From: Lytechinus pictus
Lineage: Eukaryota
Reading direction: 5' to 3'
DNA length: 64,000 nucleotides
NCBI RefSeq assembly: GCF_037042905.1
Contig: NC_087252.1
Coordinates: 16,618,001 to 16,682,000 of the forward strand
Positions 60,945-64,000 of this stretch are shown piece by piece. Under the pieces are notes generated by a model. That model was not told the DNA's origin. It saw only the letters and a program-made list of their open reading frames with translations, and did not search any database. How positions within the stretch are numbered: position 1 is the first letter of the stretch; each line of letters opens with the position of its first letter. Both the position numbers and the translations under genes were made by a program.

Positions 60945-62170
60945 GAATGATTCCATTGAAAAAAAGGCTAATAGCGAATATTTAGCACGTGTGAAACCAA
61001 ACTAGAACATAATTAGAATCACGAACGCTAATCACAATCACGAATTCAAATTCTAATCAGGAGGTAAATTCCAGTTAAAGGACAATTTCACCCCAGCAAA
61101 CAGTTAATTTGAAGAAAAAGAGAAAAATCCAACATGCATAACACTGAAAGTTTCATCAAAATTGGAAGTAGAACAAAAAAGTTATGCCGGTTCAAAGTTT
61201 CGTTTAATTTCACAAAACAGTTATATGGACATCCTGGTCGGTATTCAAATGAGGAGACTGATGTCGTCATTCACTAACCATTTCTTCTGTATATTATCAT
61301 ATAAAATATGAAATGTTCTAATTTTATCCTCATTGTCAAGTAAAACCACGATCAATTCCTCTCTGATCATGTAGAATTATAATTATTAGTGTTTAGTACT
61401 GTATGGTTCATTCAAGTTGGTCCTAATTGTCAAATCTGTAAACAAAATGAAGTATTTTATAATTCAAACATAAAAAAAAAGAAATAGTGAGTGAGGGACA
61501 TCATCGATTGACTCATTTGCATCTCACTGAGTTGTGCATATCACCGTTTTGTGAAAAATATGCGAATATTTAAAATATCATAACTTATTTTACATCCGAT
61601 TTCGGTCATTATTACAATGGTGATTCAAGATTCAAGTATGAAAAGGCCCAAGGTGATGTGGATTGAATGTGGACATTATTGTATACCAGCCTATAACATG
61701 TATAAGGGCCTTTTCACACGTGAATCTTGAATCATCATTGTAATAATGATTGCAATTCGTCTTTCATCGGACCTTTCACACGCTCACTCGAAAACTGTGA
61801 TTTAAATTTGAATTTCCGAACGAACTTGAGGCGGTATGTGTCGTTTGTGACTTGTCAATCAAAGCACTGCATCGCAAATACAAACTACAATGCGTACATG
61901 GCAATTGTATTATCTACGGCATGCTTGAAAGGTCACGTAAGCTCCGCCCCCAAAAGATGTTTTGGTGGTCAAGCCTTTCACACGGAAAATTCGTACCGTA
62001 ATTTGAGTGAAACTTAACTGGAATCCACCCCCGGAGTAGAATTTGAATTCGTGATTGTGATTAGCGTTCGTGATTCTAGTTTGGTTTCACACTTGCTAAA
62101 AGTTCGCCATTAGCCTTATTCTTCAATGGAATTGTCATTCTAATTACGATTTTTTCCGTGTAAAAGGGCC
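60945..62170. mobile_element. Nested cluster of TIR elements including a truncated TTAA MITE (61075-61600)
   Basis: About 60945-61055 is the reverse complement of about 62037-62145; 61605-61648 inverts 61706-61750. Confidence 0.6.
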
Positions 62171-64000
62171 GTAATTTCAAGGGAATGCACACCCCTACAA
62201 AAATATTGGGGTGCTTCAGCTTCCTGGGAGCGCGGGGGTAGGCCTTATAAATATACATGTAAGTCTAATATTTGGTCTTGAGGTTAATTCAAGGTGATGG
62301 AGAGCCTTTAGCCAGCTAAGAATGTGAAGAAACGAGCTTTTGAATATATTTCTACTATTTTTTAAATCTTTAAATCCATCTATACATGTGCACAGCGGTG
62401 TATGACACTCACTTTGCGCGTCTTTCATACCTATCCTCGCTTTACCTGTCTCTCTCCCCCTCTTTCTCTCCTTTATTCTTTCTCTCTCGTGATCTCTCTC
62501 TATTTATTTTTCTCTTTCTTTCCCTCTACCTCCATCTTTGCCTAGTTCTCCCTCTCTCCCTCTCTGTATTTATTTTTGTCTTTCATCATGTTTTAGTCGT
62601 TCTAGTATTTGATAAAAAAGAACAAAAACATGTTTTTTTTTTCAGGCAATCGTTAAAACTCAGTGCTTTTTTTAATGGTTTATTTATTTTATGACCAGAA
62701 AAATTGGCAAAACAATAACATTTCTTATGAAAAATATTCATATATAAGGTTACATGCTAAATATACTAATCAATCTGATCAATTATAATAGTTTTAGAAA
62801 CTAAACCCCGTCTCCGTGAAGAAGGAACCCAAAAAAAATACAAGTATATATTTTTCAGAATTAAACTTTCTTCGTTAACCATGAATATTACCGTTCTTAA
62901 TGAACACACACACACCCACCCATCCATACACACCATAAATTCAGCTCAATATAATCTAAATGACGATATGCCATGAGCGCTTCTACCGTCAGACAAAGTG
63001 CCATTTAATAGCTGTAGACTTCGTTTCATTCTTGGATAATAAACTAGCACCGTGTATATTTAGAATTACAACAAAAGTTTATAAAATAGTGTACGAAAAA
63101 TATGTGTTTGATATTTTGCAAAAGTGATACTGTGCTCACCGGAATAGGACTAGATTGTTTGCCGGAATCGCCTATATCTTTTTTTTCTCTCTTCTAAAGT
63201 ATCTTTTGCTTGATGCAGCCCGGTAATTATGGAAATGAAATAAGAAATCGGATGAAAATTCACGACTCATATTCATTTTATTTAGATCAACTTCCAAAAA
63301 CAGATACATGTAACTGACAATTTTCTTTGACGAGCTTTTTTTCAAATTTCCTATCAATTTTGAAAAAAATGTTTATACACCTCAATCAATAAAAAAAATA
63401 ATGCTTGTGATATTTGGTTGTTCCTAACTATAACGCGCCATATATGTTTGACACGTCATTCATGGCTCTAATACACACGAAAACTACATAGAGATATACA
63501 TTATATAAGTACAATATCATGATATAGAATGAAAAAAAAACCAATTACTATACATAAAAATAAGTACACCATCAGTAATTAATACCTAAATACTAATGTG
63601 ATTATATGTACATGTAAAAAGTGTAACAAATGAATTATATCAAAATGTTTTAACAACCTACGGTATAACCGTAGCTCCATGGTATAACGAAGATCACTGG
63701 GATTGCATTGTAAAGATATGCTTTAGTAACAATGACGGGCTAATAATAGACTTTAGAATGTTTAGAGACGTCGTTCCCATGTAGAATGCTTTGTGAAACC
63801 TAATTAATATAAGTATTTTTACTGCTTCAAAGGAGTAATGGACCGAACTGGTTTTAACTCAAAGGCATCCTCTTTTCCCGACTATGGCCCTGCGATAGTT
63901 TCATTTTCACTTTACAGAGAGAGAGAGGGGGATGGGGGAGGGGTTCGGGTGGGGGAGGACTATTCTACTAAACTGCAGGTCTCTGTATTTTAACTGATGC

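Overview
AT-rich eukaryotic genomic DNA, most likely an invertebrate deuterostome such as a sea urchin (inferred from the chordate-like Dscam tail motifs and the repeat landscape). Three main contents. (1) 680-30602 (+): the 3' part of a Dscam gene, 27 exons that I could splice in frame through GT-AG sites (about 1690 codons: Ig6-Ig9, FN3 x4, Ig10, FN3 x2, TM, long cytoplasmic tail ending in a PDZ-type SVV); the 5' exons lie upstream of the window. (2) About 39.7-45.5 kb (+): a tyrosine-recombinase retrotransposon with Ngaro-type ORFs (gag with CCCH finger, RT/RNase H with no methylase, YR). Its RT reads YLDY instead of YLDD, I see no split direct repeats, and its ~1 kb non-coding 3' region folds by eye into a dense multi-helix RNA with a kissing loop and a pseudoknot. 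This is the best candidate for something undescribed. It sits inside a nest of non-autonomous DNA transposons. (3) 53501-54562 (+): an uninterrupted ORF for an unknown 353-aa glycine-zipper protein. The rest is introns and intergenic DNA with many MITEs, SINE/LINE relics, minisatellites and foldbacks. All base pairings and alignments were done by eye and need computational confirmation.
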